A DNA stretch of 64,000 bases from Mobula hypostoma (lineage: Eukaryota): the NCBI RefSeq assembly GCF_963921235.1, contig NC_086108.1, positions 110,238,001 through 110,302,000 on the forward strand, in the 5' to 3' direction. The notes beneath the pieces are model-generated. The model ran no database searches, was not told the origin of the DNA, and saw nothing but the letters and a program-made list of their open reading frames with translations. A program made the translations under genes and the position numbers. Shown here piece by piece: positions 25,269 through 37,232 of this stretch; the stretch's first letter is position 1; each line of letters opens with the position of its first letter.

Positions 25269-26155
25269 AAACACGAGGAAATCTGCAGTTGCTGGAATTT
25301 CAAGCAACACACATAAAAGTTGCTGGTGAATGCAGCAGGCCAGGCAGCATCTCTAAGAAGAGGTACAGTTGACGTTTTGGGCCGAGGCCCTTCGTCAGGA
25401 CTAACTGAAAGAAGAGCTAGTAAGAAATTTGAAAGTGGGAGGGGGAGGGGGAGATCCGAAATGATATGAGAAGGCAGCAGGGGGAGGGATGGAGCCAAGA
25501 GCTGGACAGTTGATTGGGAAAAGGGATATGAGAGGATCATGGACAGGAGGCCTAGGGAGAAAGACGCAGACAGGGAGATTGTTTCGCTGAACACCTATGC
25601 TCTGTCCGCCAGAGAAAGCAGGATCTTCCGGTGGCCACACATTTTAATTCCACGTCCCATTCCCATTCTGATATGTCTATCCACGGCCTCCTCTACTGTA
25701 AAGATGAAGCCACACTCAGGTTGGAGGAACAACACCTTATATTCCGTCTGGGTAGCCTCCAACGTGATGGCATGAACATTGACTTCTCAAACTTCCGCTA
25801 ATGCCCCACCTCCCCCTCGTACCCCATCCGTTATTTATTTATATACACACATTCTTTTTCTCTATCTCCTTTTTCTCCCTCTGTCCTCCTCACTATACCC
25901 CTTGCCCATCCTTTGTTTTTCCCCACTCCCCCTTTCTCCCTAGGCCTCCTGTCCCATGATCCTCTCATATCCCTTTTGCCAATCAACTGTCCAGCTCTTG
26001 GCTCCATCCCTCCCCCTCCTGTCTTCTCCTATCATTTTGGATCTCCCCCTCCCCCTCCCACTTTCAAATCTCTTACTAGCTCTTCTTTCAGTTAGTCCTG
26101 ACGAAGGGTCTCGGCCCGAAACGTCGACTGTACCTCTTCCTAGAGATGCTGCCTG
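25269..26155. mobile_element. Penelope-like inverted insertion with GIY-YIG remnant
   Basis: Minus pLTR arm 25269 to about 25562, then + GIY-YIG C-terminus (25563-25801) and pLTR; highly similar to 5001-6267. Confidence 0.88.
26094..26129 (+). ncRNA. Minimal hammerhead ribozyme motif, best-preserved copy
   Basis: AGTC-CTGACGA-A-GGGTCTCGGCCC-GAAA-CGTC-GACT; palindromic ACGT stem III; GUC cleavage triplet. Confidence 0.8.
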
Positions 26156-26454
26156 AAGTAGATAGCTGGACAACTTTCTGAAATTTTATGAGCTATACAA
26201 ATGATTAGCATGAAATACAGTGAAGTAGTAGATCGGGTTTCAGCAATCACTGTAAGATTTAATGTGACTATTTTTAGATTAAAGGTTATAATTTTGAAAT
26301 TCATTTAATGATGAAAATCAGCTCTACAAAGCTTATTCTGAACAAATGGACAGTTGTTTAAGAAATGAATCATTTGCCTACTTACAGAAAAGTGCAGGAA
26401 AGCATCTTTAGATCTGTCAGCGCAATCTCCGTTACAGTTACTAGTCTCTGGAAG

Positions 26455-26945
26455 ACATAAATCAAAAATTCCAAATAAACTTATTATCAAACTATTTATG
26501 TCATCATATACAACCCTGAGATTCATCTTCTTGTAGGCATACTCAATAAATCCATTTATTGACAGGGTATTTCATTGAGGTTGAGTGAAATTATCCCCTT
26601 TGGTTCAAGAGCCTGATGGTTGAGGGGTAATAACTTTTCCTGAACCTGATGGTGTGAGTCCTGAGGCTTCTGTATATAAATGTGCTTAATGCTGGGAAGG
26701 GCTTTTTACTGACGATGGACTGGGCCGCATCACCATGTTTTGTAGGATTTCCCATTCAAAGGTATTGATGTTTCCATAGCAGGCTGTGATGCAGCCATTC
26801 AGTATACTCTCCACCACATGTCTATAGAAGTTTTTCAAAGTTTTAAATGTTATGCCAAATATTCTAAAGTAGAGGTGCTGCCATACTTCCTTTATAATTG
26901 CACTTACATGCTGGGCTCAGGACAGTTCCTCAGAAATATTGATGG
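26455..26945 (-). mobile_element. Rex1/Babar LINE 3' fragment
   Basis: Minus strand NFYRHVVESILNGCITACYG. Confidence 0.7.
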
Positions 26946-28475
26946 AAATTGGGGCACCATTTTATCAAGCACTAATGCTCTATCCACCAAAAGCGGAATA
27001 TCCCAGTTTCCAACCATTTTAATTACTATCCCCATTCCTGTTCCTAAATTTTGGACCATGGCCTCCTCTTGTGCCATGTTGAGGCCACTCTCAGGATGGA
27101 GAAGCAATGCCTTGCTACCTCGATGGCAACCTGATGGTGTAACATTGATTTCTCCTGGTGTTTTTTTTTTCTTTTCCCCTCTCCCTTCCATCTTCCATTT
27201 CCCACTCTGGCCTCTACCTCTTCTCACCTGCGTATCACCACCCCCTCGTACTCCTCCCCTGTTTTCCATGGTCCACTCCCTTCTCATCAGGTTCCTTTTT
27301 CTCCAGCTCTTTACCTTTCCCACCCATCTGAATCTTTTTCATCCACCTGGCTTTACCTATCATCTTCTAGCTATCCTCCTTCACACCACCTTTTTATTCT
27401 TGCATCTTCCTCCTTCCTTTCCAGTGCTAAAGAAGGGTCTTGGCCCAAAATGTTGACTTTTTACTTAGGGTACGTCCACACTACGCCGGATAATTTTGAA
27501 AACGAAGCCTTTTCTCTTCGTTTTGCCATCCCGTCCACACTGAGCCGGCATTTTCAGCCCCCGAAAATGGAGATTTTCGAAAACACTCTCCAGAGTGAAT
27601 AAATCTGAAAACGCTTAATATCCGGCAAAGTGTGTACGGGGTAAACGGAGAGATTTAAAAACGTTGTCATGACAACACCACAACAACAATGCTTTTTTCT
27701 GCTTCTGCTTGGTACTGCGCAAGCTGTTATAACGCACAGTCGGTGTGAACGGCGTGAGAGTTAAATTGTAAAGTGAGCTTTTCTGACTATTTAAAAACTC
27801 TGTCATGACGTGCCGGAACAGATGTTCGTTGTTTTAACAACAACGTGAAGAAGTGAATAAGTATACTCACTTCGCCCTGTTTTCTGTCCTTGCTTGTATG
27901 AAGGTGGTTTACTTATTTATGCAAGTACTTCTCTGACAATAGATGTGTAACAGCCTAATGTAACATTGTGTGGAAATACAAGATAACACTGATGCAGACG
28001 TTTTATACATTTAACAAGGTGCTTTATTAAGGCAACAGAGTTAGTCAGTTTTTCAATGTTCGTCGTCAGCCGGGTCATACTGTCTGTGAACTCCCTGTCA
28101 GTTGCCTCCATACGCTCCAGTATTTGTTTTTTTTCAAGTTTTAAGTCCTCCTGCGCGAGAGCCAAGAGCAATTCCTTTAATGTTTTTCTACTCTGTAACT
28201 GGACAAACGCGCACTAAGTATATCGTTTCCTCTTCGCTTGTTTTCTGTGTCCTGCGCATGCCCAGTAGGAGGAGATTCGCCCAAGTATCCGCCTAATGTG
28301 GACGGAGATATTTTGAAAAACGCTTCATATGGACGCCTGTCGTTTTTACTCGAAACCGGCGTTTTCAAAATTATCCGGTATAGTGTGGACATAGCCTTAT
28401 TTTCATAGGTGCTGCCTGAATTCCTCCAGTATTGTGTGCGCGTTACTTTGGATTTCCAGCATCTGCAGAATCTGT
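26946..28475 (+). mobile_element. Older Penelope-like fragment interrupted by Harbinger
   Basis: Diverged GIY-YIG C-terminus and pLTR; degenerate hammerhead at 27422-27458; resumes at 28400. Confidence 0.7.
27468..28396. mobile_element. Non-autonomous PIF/Harbinger DNA transposon (929 bp)
   Basis: About 37-bp TIRs GGGTACGTCCACACTACGCCGGATAATTTTGAAAACG / GGCTATGTCCACACTATACCGGATAATTTTGAAAACG; TTA TSD at 27465-27467 and 28397-28399. Confidence 0.88.
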
Positions 28476-28876
28476 TTATTCTGTAAATTTTAGCTGCCGT
28501 TCCCTGACATTCTTTACTGTCTCCTGTTAAGTACTGAAATCTCTCTCAAATTAGGCTTATAAAGTTAAAAATTTCTCTGCACGTTGAGTTTGGGAAAATG
28601 TACGTGCTTGATGGAAATTTTATTTCTTATTTTGGAAATAGGATATTAAGCGTTGTTTCAAGAACATTGATTCTGTTGATTCAGTACAAAACCCCATAAT
28701 CTGGAAGCCAGTTATGATGCTGGCTAAATGAGATGAGAGAAGTAAAATCAAGGGAATATCTATTTACATCAACAGGCAACCCAAAATTCACACTATCGCC
28801 CTTGAGCCTGACATCTCCCATGACATTGCTATTCCCATTTCAATTGCAGATGATGGCAGGATTATTTATTTACTTA

Positions 28877-28989
28877 AACAACAGTTTAAAAAACAGTCCT
28901 GACGAAGGGTCTCGGCCTGAAACGTCGACTGCACCTCTTCCTAGAGATGCTGCCTAGCCTGCTGCATTCACCAGCAACTTTTATGTGTG
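28877..28989 (+). mobile_element. 113-bp Penelope-derived insertion consisting mostly of an intact hammerhead (28894-28931)
   Basis: 15-bp TSD TTATTTATTTACTTA at 28862-28876 and 28990-29004; CAGTC-CTGACGA..GAAA-CGTC-GACTG. Confidence 0.8.
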
Positions 28990-30224
28990 TTATTTATTTA
29001 CTTATTGTCTTTGTATTTACCTAGGTTGTCTTTTGCACATTGGTCATTTGTCATGTAGTTTTTCATTGATTCTATTGTATTTCTTTGTCCTACTGTGAAC
29101 ACCTGCAAGGAAATGAATCTCAGGGTAGTGTATAGTGATATATATGTACTTTTGACAATAAATTTACTTTGAACTTTAGTGTTGACCTAACCATGCTCTG
29201 TTGAATGTCTTATGGACAGATTTCCTTACCACCCAAGGGAGGAAAAAAATAATCAGTCTTGTTCGTCTGACGTGACTTGCACTTTGGGACACAGTGTGGC
29301 TGTCACTGACCAGCTAAAATGTGTCAGTTCCCAGTCATTCCTCACTCTTCAATTCCCTGACCACCAGTATTAGATTAGAAGTTACCTACTTGCCCTCTTT
29401 ACCCCTTCCTTCAGTAGTGGGAAATAGTTTTACAAAAGAACAATTCCTGAATCAGTTGAACTTGCAGCACTGTTCCCTCTAACCTGCACGAGTGTGCGGC
29501 CACACAGTCACTAAAATGCTCCCTTGTACATCGCCGTTACCATGCAGCTAGAAAAAGTTTATGGAATGTGAAATAACTGTATTTCATTATACCCCTCAAT
29601 TAATAAGTAAAATCAAAAGCATGCGAGTTTTCATTCTAAGTATTACAAAAAACATTTAATTTTTTTAAAAAGGGTATGTTGCTTTGCAGATTCCTCATTC
29701 GTAATCTTCCAATATAATCTTGATCAACAATCTTAGGGACGACTTTGCTGCCGTAATTCCTTCATTATTACTCTTTACTGACGCAGAATTGTTGAGGCAA
29801 CTTTACTGATTCAGGTAAAAATGACCTGCTAGTAGAACTCAATAGGTTGAGCAGCATCTGTTGGAAGAAAAGAATGGTCAGCATTTCAGGCCAAAATCCT
29901 GCACCAGTGTTGACATGGTTCTAACCCAAAATGTCGGCAATTCCTTTCCCTCCCATAAATGCTGTTCCACCTACTGTGTTGCTCTACATTCTAGCATCTG
30001 TGGTTCTTTGTCTTCTCTTTTTCGTTATTAATTTCCTTACAGTCTAGAGTTGTATAACTATTGAGCAATTACTATGACTCACTGTTCAGTGTTCCCCAAT
30101 TTTCATTAACAAGTGCTACCCAATTGTTTTTCTATCCAGCACGCCATTCCTCTCAGTGTCACAGTTAGAGTCAACATCAGAACTGGACAACAAATTGTTG
30201 AATTGCTTTATTATTGACACTCAC

Positions 30225-31050
30225 TGGGGTAATAATATCTCCACCTCACTGATAATCAACACTGGTGCACTTCAAGAGTGTGTACTTAGCCCACTGATAT
30301 ACTCCTTCTACCCCTATGATGAGGCATAGCTCAAATGCCATCTATAAATTTGCTGACAAAAGAATTATGGTGAAGAGAATGTCAGATGGTAATGAGGAGA
30401 CGCTCTGGAACATGAGAGGTCAGTTGGTTGAGTGGTGTCACAGCAACAACTTTGCACTCAACGCCAGTAAGATCAAGGAATTCATTGTGGACTTGAAGGG
30501 AAAGTCGAGAGAACACACCAGTCCTCATCAAGGGATCTGCAGTGGAAAAGGTGAGCGCTTTCAGGTTTTTGGGTGTCAACATCTGAGGTTCTATCCTGGG
30601 CCCAACATATTGATGCAATTACAAAGAGGTGATATTTCACCAGCAGCTTGAGAAGACTTGGTATGACACCAGAGGCTCTCTCAAATTTCTCCTCGTGTAC
30701 CATGGAGAGCATTCTAATTGGTTGCATCACAATCTGTTATGGAGGGGTCAATGCACAGGATCAGAAAGTTGTCAGCCAGGCACTAACCTCAGCATCCAGG
30801 ATGCCTTCAAAAGGTGATGCCTCAAAAAAGCAGCATCTGTCTTTAAGGATGGTAGCTCTCTTCTCATGTCTACCAACGAGAAGGTACAGGAACACTCAAA
30901 TGCCTCAGGAACAGCTTCTTCCCCTCGGCCATCAGATTTCTGAATGGGCAATAGCCCATGAGCACTATCTCAGTATTTTTTTCCTCTTTTATTTGTACTT
31001 AACTTTTTTTAATACATACTTCGTGCATTTTATAGTTTTTCTTCATAGGC
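30225..31050 (+). mobile_element. Rex1/Babar LINE RT/3' fragment
   Basis: INTGALQECVLSP, IYKFAD, LNASKIKEFIVD. Confidence 0.8.
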
Positions 31051-31270
31051 ATTACGAAGTGCAGTGCGGGTAGACATTAAGTGCAAAGTTTTGATGTAGG
31101 TTGTGGGGTCAAGAATCCATTTTATCATACAAGTACAGCATTCAGTAATCTTATAAAAGTGGGATAGAAGCTGCCCTTGAACATGGTGGTCAGTGTTTTC
31201 AAGCCTTTGTCTTCCCAGTTGGGAAGTAGAAAAGAGTGATATCCAGGCTGGGTGAGTCTTTGATATTGTT

Positions 31271-31463
31271 GTGTGTCTCTGTCTGTCTGTGTGTGTCTCT
31301 CTCTCCCCCCCTCCCCCTCTTCCCCCTCCCCTCTTCCCCCCTCCCCCTCTTCCCCCTCCCCCTCTTCCCCCTCCCCTCTTCCCCCTCCCCTCTTCCCCCT
31401 CCCCTCTTCCCCCTCCCCTCTTCCCCCTCCCCTCTTCCCCCTCCCCTCTTCCCCCTCCCCCCC
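31271..31463. repeat. (TG)/(TC) microsatellite followed by a (CCCCTCTTCCCCCT)n polypyrimidine array
   Basis: Directly visible tandem units of about 14 bp. Confidence 0.95.
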
Positions 31464-32556
31464 CAAGAGAGGTGGGATCTTTGTCAGAGTTTTATTTATA
31501 TATATATATATATAATCAAAAAGCTTGAAACCTGTTTAAACTCATTCTGTTGACTAATCTATATATGCTTCATTGAGGTAAAATCCAAACTATTTAAGGG
31601 TTCATTTCCTTTTCTGCGTCTTTATTTCCTCTTTGTCAGGACGTGGTTGTTGACGCCCCCTGCCTTCCTTTTGCAAAAGTTGTCGATTCAAGTGGCATTT
31701 GTGTTTTGAGCACACAAATTTAAGTTGCTGCTGTAGATGGAGTATTTATTTGGCTCTTGACTGTGACTTACTTTGACTGAAGTTGAACTTGGGTGCTGTC
31801 CCTGTTTTTGGTCATTCAGGATCCTTCCTATTATTTTGAAAAATGTGAAAGTATCCTGTGTCCTGGCCAAAATTTACCTCACATAAAACGCTCAGCTTTT
31901 AAAGTAAAAATGATCAAAGTGTGCATATGTTACCATGAGATTTATTTTCTTTCAGGCATTTACAGGACAATAACATAAAATTTACATAAATAAAGCAAGA
32001 CAAACACAGCTAATGAGCAAAAGAAGGCAAATTGTGGAAATAAAAATTACTTATTGAATACACTTTGTTTTCTTTTTTTTTCTATTCCTGGCCATTGGTG
32101 TTTCCATACCAGTCTGTGTTGCAACCTGTTAGGATATTCTTCAGTTTGCATCTATAGAAGTTTGTCAGTAATCGACACAAACTTCTAAGAAAGTAGAAGT
32201 GCTGCTGTGCCTTATTTGTAATGACACTTGGGTGCTGGCGCCAGGAATTTAAAGGTACTGTCTATCCCTGATTTCCCTTAATGAGGACAGGCTCTGGATC
32301 TCCGTGCTTGCTCCTGCTGTAGTGAATAATCAGTTATTCGGTTTTGCTGATGTTGTGTGAGAAGTTGAAAGGAAACAAGCTCGAGTATTATCAGATTTTC
32401 ATTTGTGATAAACTATGTGTGAGTTGGCTGCCTTCATTACAATAGTGCTTTCAAAATGCGCTTCAAGAACTGATATTCTTTGCATTTCCGGAGGTCATGA
32501 AATGGCAGTGTAGAAATTCAGGTTTGTGCTTGGGTGGAAGATATGCTGCTGAGCGG

Positions 32557-33085
32557 AGGCCTCTGTCAGTCAGGTTGACCATGGATGTTGTGTCCTAGCT
32601 GTCTAGATACGCGAACCTGGTCAGCACGATAAGGAGAGTAAACTGTTGCCCTTGTAGGATGTTTACCCCTCCACGCATCTGATGAACCTAAAGGAACAGC
32701 AGAGACTGATAGTTTGGCATCAGCAATCTCAGGAGTCCCCAGTCAGCAATGAACTCAAAATAGGATTGCCTTGGGGACTCCAGCTCTGGATTTTTCCCTC
32801 GGGGTTTACTTCCAAAGCCTTCCCCATGAGTGTGTAACCACGAGGCAGCAGTGGTTTGAGATCTGAGTTTTTCTAGCCATGACTGACAATCCCCATCTGC
32901 CCAAAGGGACATGTTTTAAGGCAACAATAAACTGCATTTTCCCCTTCTCCTGTCAGTAGAAACAGTTCTGCCAGGATTAGTAGCTAAGCGAGAAGTGAAG
33001 GCCAGGAAATGGACTTGGTTGTCAGAGACTATTTGAGTCTTACGCCATTGGGAGCATTTAATAGCTCCCACTACGGGAGCTATCC
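32557..33085 (-). mobile_element. Non-autonomous RTE-like element, family A
   Basis: Homologous to 11706-12078 and 42438-42945. Confidence 0.6.
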
Positions 33086-33649
33086 CCACAATCACCTCCC
33101 AACTCATCCACCTCCAGTGACATTTGCAGGCCTCTCCCAGCACATCCTTCGTTGTTGAAGCAAATTATGTATTTCATTGTAGAAGATATATTCACAAAGT
33201 ATTTAACAAAATGCCAATTGTAAGTAATGTAGTGGTTCTCTCCATAACAACATGGAATTGTGTTTTGCCTAAGCTTTGGGTGCTGAATTTGCATATTCAG
33301 TAACACATAAGCTTCCTTCTGGTTCTCCTTCACAAAGACACACAGATTTATTAACTGACACGGTGCTGCAGCACAGTGGTGTAGCGGTTAGAGTCCAGCA
33401 CAAGCATGATGAGCTGATTGTGCTCCTGTGCTTACAGGGGAGTTCAATAAAAGATGCACTCTGTAAATTCTCAAACCATTTTGCAAATCCTTTCAGGAAT
33501 GTGAAATTCACGTGGAGTGGTTGGACCAGTGATTTGTTCAAATGGAACCTGATTATGCACATGAAGGAGATTGGAATAGGGAACCAAGAAGTTTGAGATA
33601 ATTAGAGAAAGTGGAAAATCGAATACCATATAAACAGTAATATGAACAA

Positions 33650-34345
33650 TGGAGTCATAGAGAAGTACAGTATAGAAAAAGGCCAACTAGACCATTTAAT
33701 CTGCTTACTCCCATCAACCTGCACAGGGACTATAGCCCTCTATATCTCTACTATCCAAACTTCATTGAAACATTGAAATCGAGCTCGCATGGACTACTTG
33801 TGCTGGCAGCTCAATCCACATTCTCACAACCCTCTGAATGAAGAAGTTTCCCCTCTTGTTCCCCTGAACCTTTCACTTTTCACCCTTAACCCATGACATC
33901 TGGTTGTAGTACCACCCAACCTCTGTGGAAAAAGCCTGCTTGCATTTATCCTATCTATACCCCTCATAATTCTGTGTACCTGTACCAAATCTCCTTTCAA
34001 TCTTCTACATTCCAAAGAATACAGTCCTAAACTATTCAGTCTTTGCTTAGAACTCAGGTCCCCCAGACCCAGAAACATCCTTGTAAATTTTCTCTGCGCT
34101 CTTTCAACCTTACTTACATCTTTCCTGTACATAGGTGATCAAAAATGTACACAATACTCCGAATTGGGCCTCACCAGTGTCTTATACAACTTCAACATAA
34201 CATCCCATCTTTTGTCCTTAATACATTGATTTATGAAGGCCAATGTGCCAAAAACTTTATTTACCACCCTATCTACCTGTGACACCACTTTCAGTGAATT
34301 ATGTACTCGTATTCCTAGATCCCTTTGTTGGACCATACTTAGTGC
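33650..34345 (-). mobile_element. CR1 3' fragment
   Basis: ORFs 33824-34132 and 34139-34336 (RDLGI, LYKTLVRPN). Confidence 0.85.
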
Positions 34346-34879
34346 CCAAAAGTTCCTATCTTTTAAGAACTAATACCAGGTTTTAAGATTACTTTGGTAT
34401 TAAATAGATTATTTTTCTCTGTTAATCAATACTGTTTTGAAGATGGTTCACTAAGCTAAAAGCAGAACAGTATAATATCATCTCAAATTCCAAAAGTAGA
34501 CTTCTCTTAGATGTAGTGAATACAATTGGATTTGGTGCTCAGTTATTCCACCAAAGCATTAGGGTTTCTAACCCTGGGTTAGATCGGTGGGTTGCTGGGC
34601 AGTGTGGCTCATTGGGCCTGAAGGGCCTCTTCTGCACTGTATTTCGAAATAAAATAACTGAGATCTATTTATGCATCCCAAAATGTTTCTCAACAGCTGT
34701 TGCAAGCACTGTCATGGTTGTAATTTGATTATTGCAGCTGGATATTTATCCTCATTTGTTCTGTATAAAAAGAACACTTCCTTTTATGTTGTGAGATGTG
34801 TTATTTTAGCACTGCAATGCATTGCATTCCATTTGTAAAACACTTATGTATAAAATTGTTGCTATTTACAAACTATAAG

Positions 34880-35685
34880 TTTATTTATTTAGAGATACAG
34901 TGCTGAACTGGTACTTCCCAGCCCAGTGAGCCGTACGGCCCAGCAACCCACCTATTTAACCCTAGTTTTATCACAGGACAATTTACAATGACTAATTAAC
35001 TTACTAACCAGTACAGTCTGTCTTTAGGGTATTGTGGAAACCCACACGTTCATGGGAGGGGGGGGCGGGGGGGGGGAAACGTACAAGCTCCTTACAGATT
35101 ATATCGGAATTGAACTCTGAGCTCCTGACACCTTGAGCTGTAATAGCATTGCGCGAACCACTATGCTATTGCAGCACTACCATAAGACATAGGAGCACAA
35201 TTAGGTCATTCAGCCCATCAAGTGTGCTCTGCCATTCCATCCATGGCTGATCCCGGATCCCACTCAACCCAATACACCTGCCTTCTCACCATATCCTTTG
35301 ATACAATGACCGATCAGGAAGCTATCAACTTCCACCTTAAATATACCCACGGACTTGGCCTCCACTGCATTCTCTGGCAGAGCATTCCACAGATTTACTA
35401 CTCTCTGGCTTTAAAAAATTCTTCCTTGCCTCTGTTCTAAAAGGTTGCCCCCTCAATATTGAAGCTGCATCCTCAAGTTCTGGATACCCCACCATAAGAA
35501 ATATCCTCTCCTCATCACCCTATTTAGTCCTTTTATCATTTGGTAGGTTTCAATGAGGTACCCTTGCATTCTTCTAAATTCCAGTGAGTACAGGCCCAAT
35601 GGTGCCAAACGTTCCTCATACGTTAACCCCCTTCATTCCCAGAATCATCCACGTGAACCTCCTCTGGACTCTCTCCAATGACAGT
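34880..35685 (-). mobile_element. V-SINE (about 34880-35180) adjoining a CR1 3' fragment (about 35180-35685)
   Basis: Similarity to 868-1150 and 2856-3185. Confidence 0.7.
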
Positions 35686-37232
35686 GCATTTCTGCAGATG
35701 CTGGAAGCCCGGAGTAACACACAAAACAGGACCTTATGAAGGGTCTCAGCTTGAAACTTCAACTCATTATTCTACATAGAATAATAATGACCTGCTGAGT
35801 TCCTCCCGCATTCTGTGAGCGTTACCAGAAGGGGCTAGTTTAGTTGGGCATTTGATTACTAATTAAGTTCATTCAGTTCAATCAGTAGGACTTTGGTGAA
35901 GGGCCTGTACTTGTGCTGTCCTGTTCTATGTTCTACGAAGGGGCAGATCAATTTTAGAACTCAGCTAAAGAGACATTTTCTGTGGGCACCCTTAGATTAG
36001 GCACCAATTAGTAGGACCCACAAAACAATGAAATGACCAGGGAGGTGCGGGGGCGGGGTCTCACTGAAACCTGAAAGGCCAGATAAAGTGAATGTGGAGA
36101 GGATGTTTCAAATAGTGGACGAATATAGGACTAGAGGGCATAGTCTTGGGGTAGGAGGCTGACCCCCTTGGAGCAGAGATGAGGACTTTTGTTTTTGCAA
36201 TCGAATTTCAGCACACCATGTTACTTCAGGCTGAACCCTATCTGTACATGCTCTACCTCAAGGATCCACACTCCATTATCATTGGGCATTGGGTATGTTT
36301 AAAGCAGAGGTTGATAGTAAGGGCATCAAAGATTACTGGGAGATCTATTTAAGATGGAAATAGGTAAACATGTGAGAGATCAAGGAATTGAAAGGAACTG
36401 GCCCAGGAGAGACTTTGAGACAAGCGTAGACATGCCATGATCACTTAAGATGGCAAGGCAGACATGAGGAGCCTGCTGTCCCCTTTCTACAATATTCCTG
36501 TTTTTAGATGTGGAGTTTCAAAATCTATCATTTTAATTCTAGCACTTTTTTCATTGTGTAATCTAATCACTATGTGAACAGGAGTTCAAGCAACTTATTC
36601 TAGAGGGACAATTATAAAATGGATTGGCTTGGTTGACTTATTAAAAAGAATGCCCTTTGTCTTAATATTTATTTTAACCGGTGGAACAATTAAAAAATAC
36701 ACTTTTAAGGTGCTTGCACTTGGTTATAAAAAAATCTTAAGCCTTTAAACTGAATCATAGAATAAATTAGTTTGAACTCCCTAGCCTTATTCTCTCCTAA
36801 TTTAGATTTTGATTTTTTGATATGCAATATTAAATTTTCATTTGGCATTTCATTAAAAAAATCATTCCTTCTTTGATTATCTGTTTAAATGTTTTCTTAA
36901 TTAAGTGTATTTTTTGTCTGCTTGCAAGAGCCACAAATGATTACCATGCTCTGATGTTCAATCTAAGTATCTAACTTAAATTAAATAATTATTTATCCCA
37001 AAGTTCTTTTCCACTGAGAAGTAGATACCAAAGCAGATAAATGCACAATTCTACACAATTCAAGTAAGTTCACCAATGCCTCTATTTCCTGAGGAGTTGG
37101 ATTATGCGCATCTATACTCGTGTCGTGCACGGAAACAGCCCCTTTGGCTCATCAAATCCCCGATCAACTATTAGTCTGTCTATTCCCATTTACCTGCAAT
37201 TGGACGATAGCACTCCATGTGACTATCCAAAC

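Noticed and set aside
31125..31553. Pro-rich and Gly/Glu-rich ORFs
   Set aside because: Translation of a simple tandem repeat
31600..31725. Strong polypyrimidine tract and CAG acceptor at about 31639
   Set aside because: No convincing donor before the in-frame stop, and no recognisable peptide
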